A model generated the notes under the pieces. It was given only the letters and a program-made list of their open reading frames with translations, searched no databases and had not been told where the DNA came from. 64,000 bases of DNA from a virus. Made by a program: the position numbers and the translations under genes. The stretch lies in IMG/VR virus record IMGVR_UViG_3300045988_109366, positions 1 to 64,000 of that record. The stretch is one strand, 5' to 3'. Position 1 is the stretch's first letter; every line of letters starts with the position of its first letter. Of this stretch, positions 27,401 through 35,270 are shown piece after piece.

Positions 27401-29273
27401 AGATAGATTGAAGATCCATGATAATATTTATGATAATATCAAGGACGCTGTTGATGATATTGTAGATATGAATATCAATGGTCTTGATCAGGATCAGATC
27501 AAAGAAGCTATAAAGACTTATAATGATCTTATGAATGAGGCTGACAATGGCAATGAGGTTGACCAGGATAAGCTTAATGAGGCTATTGATATTATCAATA
27601 ACTATTCCGATAGGCCTCTTCTCCAGTTCGTGGAATGGATGAGGTTGTATGATAACGGAAGTATAGCTGTCAAGGATTACGATAAATCCATACCTATGGG
27701 TGATGTCCTCACAGAGAGCGAACCCGGGACATCCACCGGCAGGACGGAGGTCAACGCCGCCCAGAATCCGGTGGTGTTGATGGCTCAGAAGAGGGAGATC
27801 GGTGGGGTCATGTACTATGAGGTTGGTGGAATGAGGCTTGACAGGTTTATGGCGGGGTCCGGGCTTAAAAGGTCTGATGCCACTGATACTGATAATGGAA
27901 GGGTGATGGATTTCACCAACGGAACCGACATATTTACTGTTATAGAGTCGAATAACCACTCAAGATGGATGATTAGCGAGGATGACGCTCAGGCTTTCGA
28001 GAACGCTACCGGTGTTATATTGGGGCGGCAAACCGCCTTGTCGACCTCCATCTGGTTTATGGTGTATCGCAAGGGGCAGGATGGATCTATTGTCCCTTAT
28101 TATACGGGTGATACGTTTGGATCTAACAACGAGTCGGTGAATCAGGAAGCAACGGCTAGCCTCCGCAATGGTGATATGGTAAGGTTTAAGATGGATATGT
28201 TAGATCCATATACCAAGGAATTGTATGATAAATACAATAGCCTTTATGCCGTTGATCCTAATTCTGACGAGACCAAGTCTGCCCGTAGTGATTTGGTTAA
28301 TAATATGGTTATTAAGATCGTGGATGGTGACGGTAATTTTGTCTCGGTGCTTAAGGCCAATGATCCAGACTCAAAAGGGAATAACGCTGATTTAAGGAGT
28401 ATGGCCTTTGAGTTGTATAGGGATAATGTGGGATCTGTCGCTGGCGAGATCGATATACCGTTTGTAGGTACAGTTACCAGTGTTTTGCCGGGAAGACCTA
28501 ATTTTAGCGTAAGTGATGATAATGGCACGTTGATGGTATCCGAGAATGACTTTACCAACGAGACGGTTGGCAAGGTAGAGAGCGTAGGGTATATAGAGAA
28601 CGGGGAGGTTACGATGAGGGATAATATTAAGTATAATATATTCCCGTTCTGCACGGCTATTGTTAGGGATAAGTATGGTGATTATAAAAATTCACGTATC
28701 CCGGTTGTAGCTATAAAGACAGGAAATGGAAGAAATTACCTGTACCCTGTAAGATTGAAAAATCAGGATATATCATCATTCTCATCTATGATCGGATCGA
28801 TGGCTGATAGGATTATAGAGGGTCTAGGTGGTGGAGTAAGTATTGATGATATAATGGATCTTAACAACGCTATAGCCAGATCCGGGCTGGATAACAAGAC
28901 ATATATGATTCCGCTGGCGGGAGACGTGGATGTTATCAAGGGACGGCTAGAGGCTGTCAAGGAAGCCGCTGGCAGGATGCCTATGACCGCTGACGTAAGA
29001 GGATGGATAGGCGATTCTAGGACCAAGGAGGATATTTTGATGAATGACGTTACGATCAACATCGATCTTAATAACGATCCTTTCATAGCCCCTAAGTTCA
29101 GGATGAGTATCAGGAGGGATGAGACGTTCTTCGAGGATACGGAGACCCCGTTCGTCAACCCGCCCGGTTCCCAATCGGAGTTCGCCTCGCCTACGAAGGC
29201 GGCCGAGGATAAGTCTTTGGCTTCCGAAGGTAATATAGTATCGGGAGAAAAAGAAGCCGATGATCCTTGCTAA
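24393..29273 (+). CDS. Giant virion protein (1626 aa) with Gly/Ala-rich hydrophobic segment; ejection/tape-measure-like candidate
   Basis: Overlaps the previous gene by 20 nt. Contains AAFTAGAVLSSYAFAGAGLMNAARMGARIGATIAGMGKAA. Confidence 0.85.
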   Translation: MEKMSNNNNDIGNVMKSQGYYVPTPSIPSPMPSKDNISSIPIPVGMRSSSDMDNDVLSREGSRSIPSLVESIKNSVETSYHDDVKARNPLFQMINETGIPKGNYDITGSRINLRDSRYRLSTGEWIPKYESYINNVDNDDRLSKNQSGWEKTYRGLGKFIYKSTLYGIGGVGQSIYGLKELVTKGTLSAISDNGFADWLDDMDKRGDYTLNHYYSKEERDAGFLKSMLTTNFLTNDLLSGAAFTAGAVLSSYAFAGAGLMNAARMGARIGATIAGMGKAASATKTGFNAMLRAARIGRGIGKGLDNLTFMSTSTLWEASVESRSGLMESEENFKQAYRNAYGREASYEELMKFRADNADAANAIFAANIGILTLSNIAMFGDMFGMDLGVDKFIKRNIFGVGAERMDNGALRAITPKKWQKIAGNTFNIIKRPVSEGLFEEGLQGVSSKSAEDWVESRYNPMAIRQNIGYMEAIKNGFKETYGSNEGWKEIGIGMIIGSVMGRKSLGGIKEWSQDMSRNKGMVEAYNTNAGALTSAAVQAIRGSMALNAQLSGLSTDNNADDIPNSRIVDKTFSDAVFNRLRYDQEMGMLDDTRENFKTVIESIPNSDIASDMNMTDERVNEYKSNLISEFNKKVDNFTMASRFADSLTDGISNRSFNAYISNMAYNGLEAKDNLNDIANQLRRIYNTDIGPALDIYSRLNPDSSRELEELRKLTDDIQRMEKNILRLQQSVASKDALESDKAKLVKENDRLLKLTEDRIALERKLTTLINSEADISKLFLNRNESRISAADLMAAYETIVGFENAVSIRGVDNYKEAMALLSEYRHNLVAYKNINESLRRMRDRRFIRAQERGFMKILSNVWGKTYEEDDSKYDFRNTDNPDANDLYANDQAIDKAYQDGLIGEDEAFMFKTYNHMIARSMENEIKTDEGNIVERVPDDEDIINPSDDRINNIAIKIWNGNEDVLSPRERQIYDNNKPRVDSLVNGFGDNPISRINKARSIIDRLKIHDNIYDNIKDAVDDIVDMNINGLDQDQIKEAIKTYNDLMNEADNGNEVDQDKLNEAIDIINNYSDRPLLQFVEWMRLYDNGSIAVKDYDKSIPMGDVLTESEPGTSTGRTEVNAAQNPVVLMAQKREIGGVMYYEVGGMRLDRFMAGSGLKRSDATDTDNGRVMDFTNGTDIFTVIESNNHSRWMISEDDAQAFENATGVILGRQTALSTSIWFMVYRKGQDGSIVPYYTGDTFGSNNESVNQEATASLRNGDMVRFKMDMLDPYTKELYDKYNSLYAVDPNSDETKSARSDLVNNMVIKIVDGDGNFVSVLKANDPDSKGNNADLRSMAFELYRDNVGSVAGEIDIPFVGTVTSVLPGRPNFSVSDDNGTLMVSENDFTNETVGKVESVGYIENGEVTMRDNIKYNIFPFCTAIVRDKYGDYKNSRIPVVAIKTGNGRNYLYPVRLKNQDISSFSSMIGSMADRIIEGLGGGVSIDDIMDLNNAIARSGLDNKTYMIPLAGDVDVIKGRLEAVKEAAGRMPMTADVRGWIGDSRTKEDILMNDVTINIDLNNDPFIAPKFRMSIRRDETFFEDTETPFVNPPGSQSEFASPTKAAEDKSLASEGNIVSGEKEADDPC

Positions 29274-29289
29274 ATAAATTATCTTGATT

Positions 29290-29297
29290 TATCTTTG
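29290..29297 (+). promoter_or_regulatory. -7 promoter box TATCTTTG (extended TTTGCGGTGTC)
   Basis: Shares TTTGCGGTGT with the boxes at 30040 (+) and 34834 (-). Confidence 0.55.
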
Positions 29298-29301
29298 CGG
29301 T

Positions 29302-29375
29302 GTCAGTCCATCACCTGACGAGTAAGATATTTAAAAGTTGGTCCCTGTCGGGTGTGTGATGGCCCCGGTGGGGAC
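29302..29375 (+). promoter_or_regulatory. Structured leader RNA: two hairpins with complementary loops (CCATCAC / GTGATGG)
   Basis: H1 gtcag-tccatcac-ctgac (29302-29319). H2 gtccc..cggg-tgtgtgatggc-cccg..gggac (29341-29375). Same design at 39860-39942 with different stem sequences. Confidence 0.5.
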
Positions 29376-29385
29376 TCTTTATATT

Positions 29386-29985
29386 ATGCAATTAGATGCC
29401 TTTTTACATCGGAAGATCATGCAAGACCTACGCATCCAGCGAGTAAAGGTCTTGATGATGCTATACACCAGTAACTATTTTGTCAAGGTCAGACAAAAGC
29501 AGTTGCTTGATCATACATACGCCTTAAGCAGGGATCAGGCTTTTGATTATATGACTGAGTTCAATAAAAGACTTAGTGATAAGGTTGGTATAAAATGTAC
29601 GATGGATATCCTTCTACCTACCGATGATGATAATGCTAACATCATAATTGAGCACAATGGTATTATCAAGAAGTTAATGAAGGAAGCCGAGAAGCTGGAA
29701 CTTGATACTGATGCTATCAAAGCCATGATGTGTGATCTTCTTGATGAGTTGAAGGATGATATTGATCTTAATATCCTGATATTTGACGTAAGCCAGTTAC
29801 TTATAAAATACAATCTATTTAGGTTGGATGCCATAACCGAGCAGGAGTTCAAGGACTCTTTCGTCAGGATGGATAGTAGGAATATGGAGATAAAGAAACT
29901 AACTTTATCTGATATCAAGAAGGTGGTGGAGATGATAGAGGATAGGTATAGCTACGCTTTATATATGACAGAGGAATATGGCTGA
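29386..29985 (+). CDS. Hypothetical acidic protein (about 199 aa)
   Basis: ATG 29386 is in frame with track ORF 29338-29985. The upstream part is the structured leader. Confidence 0.6.
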   Translation: MQLDAFLHRKIMQDLRIQRVKVLMMLYTSNYFVKVRQKQLLDHTYALSRDQAFDYMTEFNKRLSDKVGIKCTMDILLPTDDDNANIIIEHNGIIKKLMKEAEKLELDTDAIKAMMCDLLDELKDDIDLNILIFDVSQLLIKYNLFRLDAITEQEFKDSFVRMDSRNMEIKKLTLSDIKKVVEMIEDRYSYALYMTEEYG

Positions 29986-30039
29986 TTACATTTTTTGTAA
30001 AAATATCTCCTGTTTGTTTGTAGTTTCAAAATAAGGTCT

Positions 30040-30047
30040 TATATTTG
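30040..30047 (+). promoter_or_regulatory. -7 promoter box TATATTTG (extended TTTGCGGTGTC)
   Basis: Upstream of a 110-nt structured leader and ATG 30162. Confidence 0.55.
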
Positions 30048-30056
30048 CGGTGTCCA

Positions 30057-30156
30057 TCCGTTATTGGGCCATAAGAAGATATTAACTCGCCTAAGCGTAG
30101 GCGATAGATGAGGGTCATTGGTGGAATAACGGACGCCAATGGCTCTCGTTGTTTTT
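30057..30156 (+). promoter_or_regulatory. Structured leader variant: upstream TCCGTTATT complementary to terminator-like hairpin loop AATAACGGA
   Basis: Hairpins tcgcct/aggcga (30087-30104) and cattgg/ccaatg (30116-30141), with a T5 run at 30152-30156. Confidence 0.4.
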
Positions 30157-30161
30157 ATATC

Positions 30162-31052
30162 ATGAGTGAATTATCTGAGATTTTTAGTTACAATGGTAAT
30201 GATGTAACTTTTAAAACGGTTGATGATGTAACCTATGTTAATGCCACGGAGATGGCTAAATACTTTAATAGGAGAACAAACGACTATTTATCGTTAGTAT
30301 CTACTAATGAGTTAGTTAAGGCAATTACCAGAAAAACTGGTAAATCTGAAAATCAGTTAGTTATAAAGAAGACTGGAATGCCGGTTTTTGGAGGTGGGGT
30401 ATGGTTGCATGAGGATATAGCTATAGATTTTGCCCAGTGGCTTAGTGTAGATTTTAAGCTGTGGTGTACAGATAAAATAAAGGAACTTTTATTGAAAGGG
30501 CATACATCAATAAATAGGAGTAATTCTGATATAAGCAGAAGAGATCTACCATCCGATTATATAGAGGCATTAGAAGCGTTAATTAAATCGGAGAAGGAGA
30601 AAAAGGCATTAGCTGAAGCCAAGAAAGTGGCAGAAGAAGCTAAGAGGATATCTGATAATATTATCAAAGAACAGGCTCCTATGGTTGAATTTGCTAAGAC
30701 AGCCGAAATAGCCCAAGAGACAGATATGTTGATCAGAGAGGTTCGGGAAAAGCTAGAGGCTCATGGATATGATATAGCGGAGAAGAATCTTCGTATATTG
30801 CTTGAGGATAATAAGTTCTTCGCCAAAACCGGTAAGAGATGGTTGCTTTCCCAAAGGATGATAGATCGTGGTTACGCTCGTTACAGGTATCGTGATGACG
30901 ATGAGTTCTATGGGACTAACACCGTCTATGTGACTCCTAAGGGATTCCAGTGGATCGTGTCTAAGATATCTAGGGAATGGATGCCTAGGTTCTTGGAGTT
31001 GAAAGGTAGGGTTCTCAGTAGATCGGATAAAAATATTTTTGCTAAACAATAA
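30162..31052 (+). CDS. KilA-N / KilAC (antirepressor-type) DNA-binding protein, paralog 1
   Basis: GGGVWLHEDIAIDFAQWLSVDFKLWCTDKIKELL (KilA-N core). About 80% nucleotide identity over about 90 nt with 47590-47670. Confidence 0.75.
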   Translation: MSELSEIFSYNGNDVTFKTVDDVTYVNATEMAKYFNRRTNDYLSLVSTNELVKAITRKTGKSENQLVIKKTGMPVFGGGVWLHEDIAIDFAQWLSVDFKLWCTDKIKELLLKGHTSINRSNSDISRRDLPSDYIEALEALIKSEKEKKALAEAKKVAEEAKRISDNIIKEQAPMVEFAKTAEIAQETDMLIREVREKLEAHGYDIAEKNLRILLEDNKFFAKTGKRWLLSQRMIDRGYARYRYRDDDEFYGTNTVYVTPKGFQWIVSKISREWMPRFLELKGRVLSRSDKNIFAKQ

Positions 31053-31196
31053 GTTTCGTTTTTATAGTTTTAGGATTGAGTTTTTTGTTTGTCCGTGAGG
31101 ATCGGCAAAATGATTTGTACTTTTCAATAGAAACATAAGGTTTGTTATTATTGTTATTTGGCTCCCGTCCGCTCGTGAGAGTAGGCGGGATTTTCA

Positions 31197-31204
31197 TATC
31201 TTTG
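31197..31204 (+). promoter_or_regulatory. -7 promoter box TATCTTTG
   Basis: 18 nt upstream of ATG 31223. Extended TATCTTTGTAACAAAACG. Confidence 0.6.
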
Positions 31205-31222
31205 TAACAAAACGATTTAGCT

Positions 31223-33460
31223 ATGGGTAGATCTTGTTATGTTATAAAAAATAAGGAGGGTGGGGTAGATAATGTCCTTGCCCCGAACGACCAACCATCC
31301 GGATTATACCAAAGGGCGATGGAGGTGCTTGGCGACCAGAAGCAGGCCTTATCGGTCTGGGGTACGGCCTACTCCCCCGACTTCGTGTCTTTCTTTGGCG
31401 ATTGGATGTCCATGCCATCAGAATACGGCTTAGATAGCAATGGGGAGCCTAGGTATGATGATGTCATGTCCTTTATCAAACAAAAGAATTATGCTGTGGG
31501 TAATTTCATGGCTGACGAGGTTAAGGATATCAATAATACCATTACTTCCCTGGGCGTTGATAATATCAATGATCTTAATGATATGATCGTATCTAACTTC
31601 CTTTCCGGCGGTGATATATTCATCAACAGATATAATCTTGAACGATCCGGGATGTATGATGCTGATGAGATTGATAATATCATGACTAACCGATTGGAGT
31701 ATGAGCGGGTAAGGGATATGATGAGGAGGATTGTCGATTTTATGTCTGAGGGGGATCTCAATGAGAAGGATACATATTTCTTGTCCTCCGAATCAGGCCT
31801 TGGTGATGATTATATGATATATGAGGATGTGTATGATTCATTGGGAAAGAGAAGGGTCTTGAATCCAATGGAGGTAAGGGATACGATCATGAGGGCGGTA
31901 GGCGGTATCAGCGACCGCCGGGAGTTCGATCAGGCTTTCGCCTCCGTTCCCTACCCTTCCTTGGCGCTCCGGTATCAGGAGGATCAGGATTACGCAGATC
32001 GGATGTATGACACGTATCGTAATATGACCCGTATGGAGGTTAGGAATCAGGATGGAAATACGATTACCGACTCACACTATTACAATACCATACCATATAT
32101 CAGTATGCCTAAGGATATGAAAGGTCTAAGGGATAAGGTTGGGGAGATAATCGATATGGATGATTTTAAGGACATCAAGGACGTTGCCGGACGTCTATAT
32201 GACATAGCCATGGATCTTTCCGATATGGGCGTTGATATAAGCGAGGCGATTAGCGATGAGATGGTTATATCTAGGCCGGAGGATATCCGTGACCTTATGG
32301 CGTCGCTGGATGTCATGTTATCTTCTATACAGAATGGTGATCCGGTATATGATGACTTTATTTCCGATCTTGATAGGATAACAGGGAAAGGGAATCCGAT
32401 ATATGAGGTTCAGGATACTTACTTTACCGGGGATAGGATGGGGTATGTAAGGTCCGGGAAAACATCTCCTTCCGATATGTATGACAGGAACATGTTGTAT
32501 GTAGGTAGAAATACATACCATAACACGACCCCGATAACCGACACCGATCAGGCCTATGAGGTGCTGGCTGATATCGGGATAGCCCAGCCCTCGTACTTAC
32601 CGACAGGCGTGGTTCCCCAAGGGGCTTCTCGATCTGATATTGGCGTGGTCAAGGATAATATCAAGAAGTTGGTTATGGATAACATCTCATCCTCGAATAC
32701 CGAGAACATGATCCTTACCAGATTGATATACCAGCATCCCGTAACCCCTAAGATGGATGATATCGATATTGATCGGGAGTTCAGGAGATACGAGGCTAGA
32801 CAGGGAAAGGATCGGGATTTTATCAAATCCTGTACCTCGTTGAGGAAGACCCAGATCAAGGAAAGGTTAAAAAAATCGGATTTGTATAATAATGTCTTAC
32901 GTTTCCTTGATTTTAATGGATTTTATAACGTATCTTTGAACCACCATGACAGAGGTACGTTAAAAAACATAGAGATATCGTTGCCGGATGGTCAGGTAAG
33001 GGATCTTCTGTTTGACGTGGCTATCGAGTCCGGTGACAGTAGCATGAGAAACCTTTTCTATCTGGATAGTCAGGACAGGATGATGGATGTCGGGTTTTAC
33101 AGGTATCTGTACCAAAGGAATCCGGGCCTGCTCCGGGAGGTCAACGGCGGCGTCGAGGCGAGACCGGACGGCTTGTTCTTGGCTCGTGGGAGGTATGATG
33201 ATTTCGTGTCATTCCAATCCGGTTTATATGAGAAGGTAGGTGAGACGGTTAATGGCGGGATATATAGCTTCGTGGATAATTTTATATATTCGGACCCATC
33301 ATCATATCAGGATAGTATGGTACGAAAGATAGGTGACGTTACGGTAAGAAGTGACGATAACCGTCTATCAAGGGTAGAGGATAATCCCTCATCCAGTAAG
33401 ATAATTAATGAATACACTGCTAATACAAATAAGTTGATGCGAGATTTTTCGTGTAATTAA
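31223..33460 (+). CDS. Large virion protein (745 aa); N-terminal module shared with the 2148-aa protein
   Basis: CYVIKNKEGGVDNVLAPNDQPSGLY...FGDW parallels CVIKRNSKGKITRVLTPSGEVSTLF...FGDW at 40710. Confidence 0.85.
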   Translation: MGRSCYVIKNKEGGVDNVLAPNDQPSGLYQRAMEVLGDQKQALSVWGTAYSPDFVSFFGDWMSMPSEYGLDSNGEPRYDDVMSFIKQKNYAVGNFMADEVKDINNTITSLGVDNINDLNDMIVSNFLSGGDIFINRYNLERSGMYDADEIDNIMTNRLEYERVRDMMRRIVDFMSEGDLNEKDTYFLSSESGLGDDYMIYEDVYDSLGKRRVLNPMEVRDTIMRAVGGISDRREFDQAFASVPYPSLALRYQEDQDYADRMYDTYRNMTRMEVRNQDGNTITDSHYYNTIPYISMPKDMKGLRDKVGEIIDMDDFKDIKDVAGRLYDIAMDLSDMGVDISEAISDEMVISRPEDIRDLMASLDVMLSSIQNGDPVYDDFISDLDRITGKGNPIYEVQDTYFTGDRMGYVRSGKTSPSDMYDRNMLYVGRNTYHNTTPITDTDQAYEVLADIGIAQPSYLPTGVVPQGASRSDIGVVKDNIKKLVMDNISSSNTENMILTRLIYQHPVTPKMDDIDIDREFRRYEARQGKDRDFIKSCTSLRKTQIKERLKKSDLYNNVLRFLDFNGFYNVSLNHHDRGTLKNIEISLPDGQVRDLLFDVAIESGDSSMRNLFYLDSQDRMMDVGFYRYLYQRNPGLLREVNGGVEARPDGLFLARGRYDDFVSFQSGLYEKVGETVNGGIYSFVDNFIYSDPSSYQDSMVRKIGDVTVRSDDNRLSRVEDNPSSSKIINEYTANTNKLMRDFSCN

Positions 33461-33650
33461 TCTCTCTTTGACGTCGTGAGACGTTTTCTTTCGAGCATTG
33501 AAACATTGAATTTATAGATTTGCATGAATCCGGGCCGTAGTGATACGTTCCGGATTTTTTTGTCTTGTACCGGTTCTTATTAATACCAATTGCATGACAT
33601 GACGTGCCTTGATGGTGACATATATCACGATCCCAGGATTATTAATTTTT

Positions 33651-33658
33651 GAACTTTG
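33651..33658 (+). promoter_or_regulatory. Near-consensus -7 box GAACTTTG
   Basis: One mismatch to TAnnTTTG. GAACTTTGTAACG resembles the box at 31197. Followed by the hairpin cccgcc-atca-ggtggg. Confidence 0.3.
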
Positions 33659-33707
33659 TAACGCCCGCCATCAGGTGGGGTTATTATTAATTCAAAAATA
33701 AATAGAC

Positions 33708-34241
33708 ATGGGTACAAGTGGAGACAAAATCGTGCTGTTAGACGGCATGGGTTCCGGTAGTGGAAGCGCCACTAACGGTTTATTATCTATGATTCCGGGT
33801 ATGTTTACCAGCCTTTTGGGTGGAAATAAGATGGATCCGAACTTGGTAGCGGCTTTGATGAACGGTCGTAACAACCAAGACCAGTTCGGAGGAGCCAACG
33901 GCTGGTGGTTATGGATCATCGTCCTGTTCTGGTTATGGGGTGGCCGTGGACGTAGCAGACGTTCGGATGGGACTTACATGGGTTATGGTGGTGGAATATA
34001 TGACCATTATGGCAAGGAGCATGACGGTAGGATGGATGAGCTAGAACGCCGTGAGCGTGATCTTGAAAGACGTGAGAGGGAACTGGAACGTGACGAGCGC
34101 GAGCTTGAGAAACGTGAGAGACTCCATGAACGTGAGGACGAGATGTATCGCAGGGGATGGTTCGGTGAGCGTAACATCCGTGACGAGTACGAAGGTACCG
34201 AACCGTATATGCGCAGGGGACGCAGGAGTCGTTACTACTGA
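33708..34241 (+). CDS. Membrane protein with Gly-rich N-terminus, one TM segment (WWLWIIVLFWLWGG) and Glu/Arg repeat; ends at TGA 34239-34241
   Basis: 177-aa ORF. RERDLERRERELERDERELEKRER repeat. The same frame continues open after the TGA into 34335-34628. Confidence 0.7.
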   Translation: MGTSGDKIVLLDGMGSGSGSATNGLLSMIPGMFTSLLGGNKMDPNLVAALMNGRNNQDQFGGANGWWLWIIVLFWLWGGRGRSRRSDGTYMGYGGGIYDHYGKEHDGRMDELERRERDLERRERELERDERELEKRERLHEREDEMYRRGWFGERNIRDEYEGTEPYMRRGRRSRYY

Positions 34242-34334
34242 GGAGCAGACGCCGATGACCCGGATTATAAGCGGTATATAGACACCCATGGATATCACTT
34301 TTCCAAGGAGCTGGCTAGGGAAGCCGCTGACAAG

Positions 34335-34628
34335 ATGCTTAACGCCGACGGATCCAAGAGAAGATGGACGATGGAGGACGCTAAGCAGATGTTCGATAAA
34401 TGCGGGGCTAAGAAACCTGATAACGCTACGTGGGGAGATATCCAATATCTGTTCGCTATGTTCTATAGCGACTACTTTCCTAAGGTATTGGATTGCGACC
34501 AGAAAATAGTCAAGGCTGTCTTGGCTTATCTGGAAGACCCTGACGCCCCGGAAGGGACGGCGTTCGTAAGGTATCTGGCGGTGCGGTGCTTCGTCGGTGA
34601 CACAATCAAATGGAGTGATATGATTTAG
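34335..34628 (+). CDS. Conserved phage domain protein as called from the first ATG; frame is open from 34242
   Basis: 97-aa ORF in the same frame as 33708-34241. The 31 codons upstream (GADADDPDYKRYIDTHGYHFSKELAREAADK) read as coding and contain no ATG/GTG/TTG. Confidence 0.65.
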   Translation: MLNADGSKRRWTMEDAKQMFDKCGAKKPDNATWGDIQYLFAMFYSDYFPKVLDCDQKIVKAVLAYLEDPDAPEGTAFVRYLAVRCFVGDTIKWSDMI

Positions 34629-34646
34629 GTTTGATACAACGTTGGA

Positions 34647-34686
34647 GAACCCTGTCGGCAATAGAATACCGATAGGGTTTCTTTTT
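34647..34686 (+). terminator. Intrinsic terminator
   Basis: gaaccctgtcgg / ccgatagggtttc stem, then T5. Confidence 0.65.
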
Positions 34687-34706
34687 GACCGTAGCTTTAT
34701 TATGAT

Positions 34707-34714
34707 TACATTTG
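34707..34714 (+). promoter_or_regulatory. -7 promoter box TACATTTG
   Basis: Matches TAnnTTTG, about 150 nt upstream of ATG 34863. Confidence 0.4.
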
Positions 34715-34756
34715 TTCGAGGTAGATCTTTTTGTCATGGTAGGGTGGGCGGGAATG

Positions 34757-34826
34757 AAAAAAAGGATATCCTCACGGACACCCTTCCCCTTGGTTGAAAA
34801 TCACTTAAAACATTATGAGTTACTAC
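34757..34826 (-). ncRNA. Candidate about 70-nt small RNA, antisense to the 5' leader of gene 34863
   Basis: Minus-strand TATATTTGCGGTGT promoter box (34834-34841), then the terminator ggtgtcc-GTGA-ggatatcc plus T7 (plus coordinates 34757-34782). No ORF. Confidence 0.3.
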
Positions 34827-34833
34827 TACACCG

Positions 34834-34841
34834 CAAATATA
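34834..34841 (-). promoter_or_regulatory. Minus-strand -7 promoter box TATATTTG (extended TTTGCGGTGT)
   Basis: Reverse complement of caaatata. The extended motif is identical to the boxes at 29290 and 30040. Confidence 0.4.
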
Positions 34842-34862
34842 GATAAATAAACGTGAATAGCA

Positions 34863-35192
34863 ATGGGTAAGGGGTATTATTGGATAGAACCTGTGGATCG
34901 GACGTTAAATGATTTTCAGTTTTATAAGGCTCGTATCGTGGGTGATCCTGAATATGACGAGAAGCATCATCGTGTTATATTAAGGACGGATAAGTATTTC
35001 CCGGTAGGAAGTATCTTCCATGTCCTTAATGATCCGGAGATGTTCGTTATAGAGAGGAAATTTAAGACATGGGGGAATAAGTATGTCATTAAGCCTTGTG
35101 AAGGTGAATGGGAATGGGAGTCTGTCCAGAAACTTAAAGACAAGGCTATTATATTCCGTAGCGGATTCCTGCACGGGGATGGTGGTTTCTAA
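34863..35192 (+). CDS. Hypothetical protein (109 aa)
   Basis: ATG..TAA ORF. Confidence 0.6.
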   Translation: MGKGYYWIEPVDRTLNDFQFYKARIVGDPEYDEKHHRVILRTDKYFPVGSIFHVLNDPEMFVIERKFKTWGNKYVIKPCEGEWEWESVQKLKDKAIIFRSGFLHGDGGF

Positions 35193-35244
35193 CACTTACC
35201 CGTATCTCCCCACCCCTCGATTTCTTGGTATTTATGTATATAAC

Positions 35245-35252
35245 TATATTTG
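35245..35252 (+). promoter_or_regulatory. -7 promoter box TATATTTG
   Basis: 18 nt upstream of ATG 35271. It overlaps the TTG start used by the track. Confidence 0.5.
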
Positions 35253-35270
35253 AGCAAAAATAATTATGAT

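Noticed and set aside
34036-34140. Periodic cgtgag/gaacg nucleotide repeat as a possible regulatory array.
   Set aside because: It is in frame and simply encodes the Glu/Arg (ERRERELERDERELEKRER) coiled-coil-like repeat of ORF 33708-34241.
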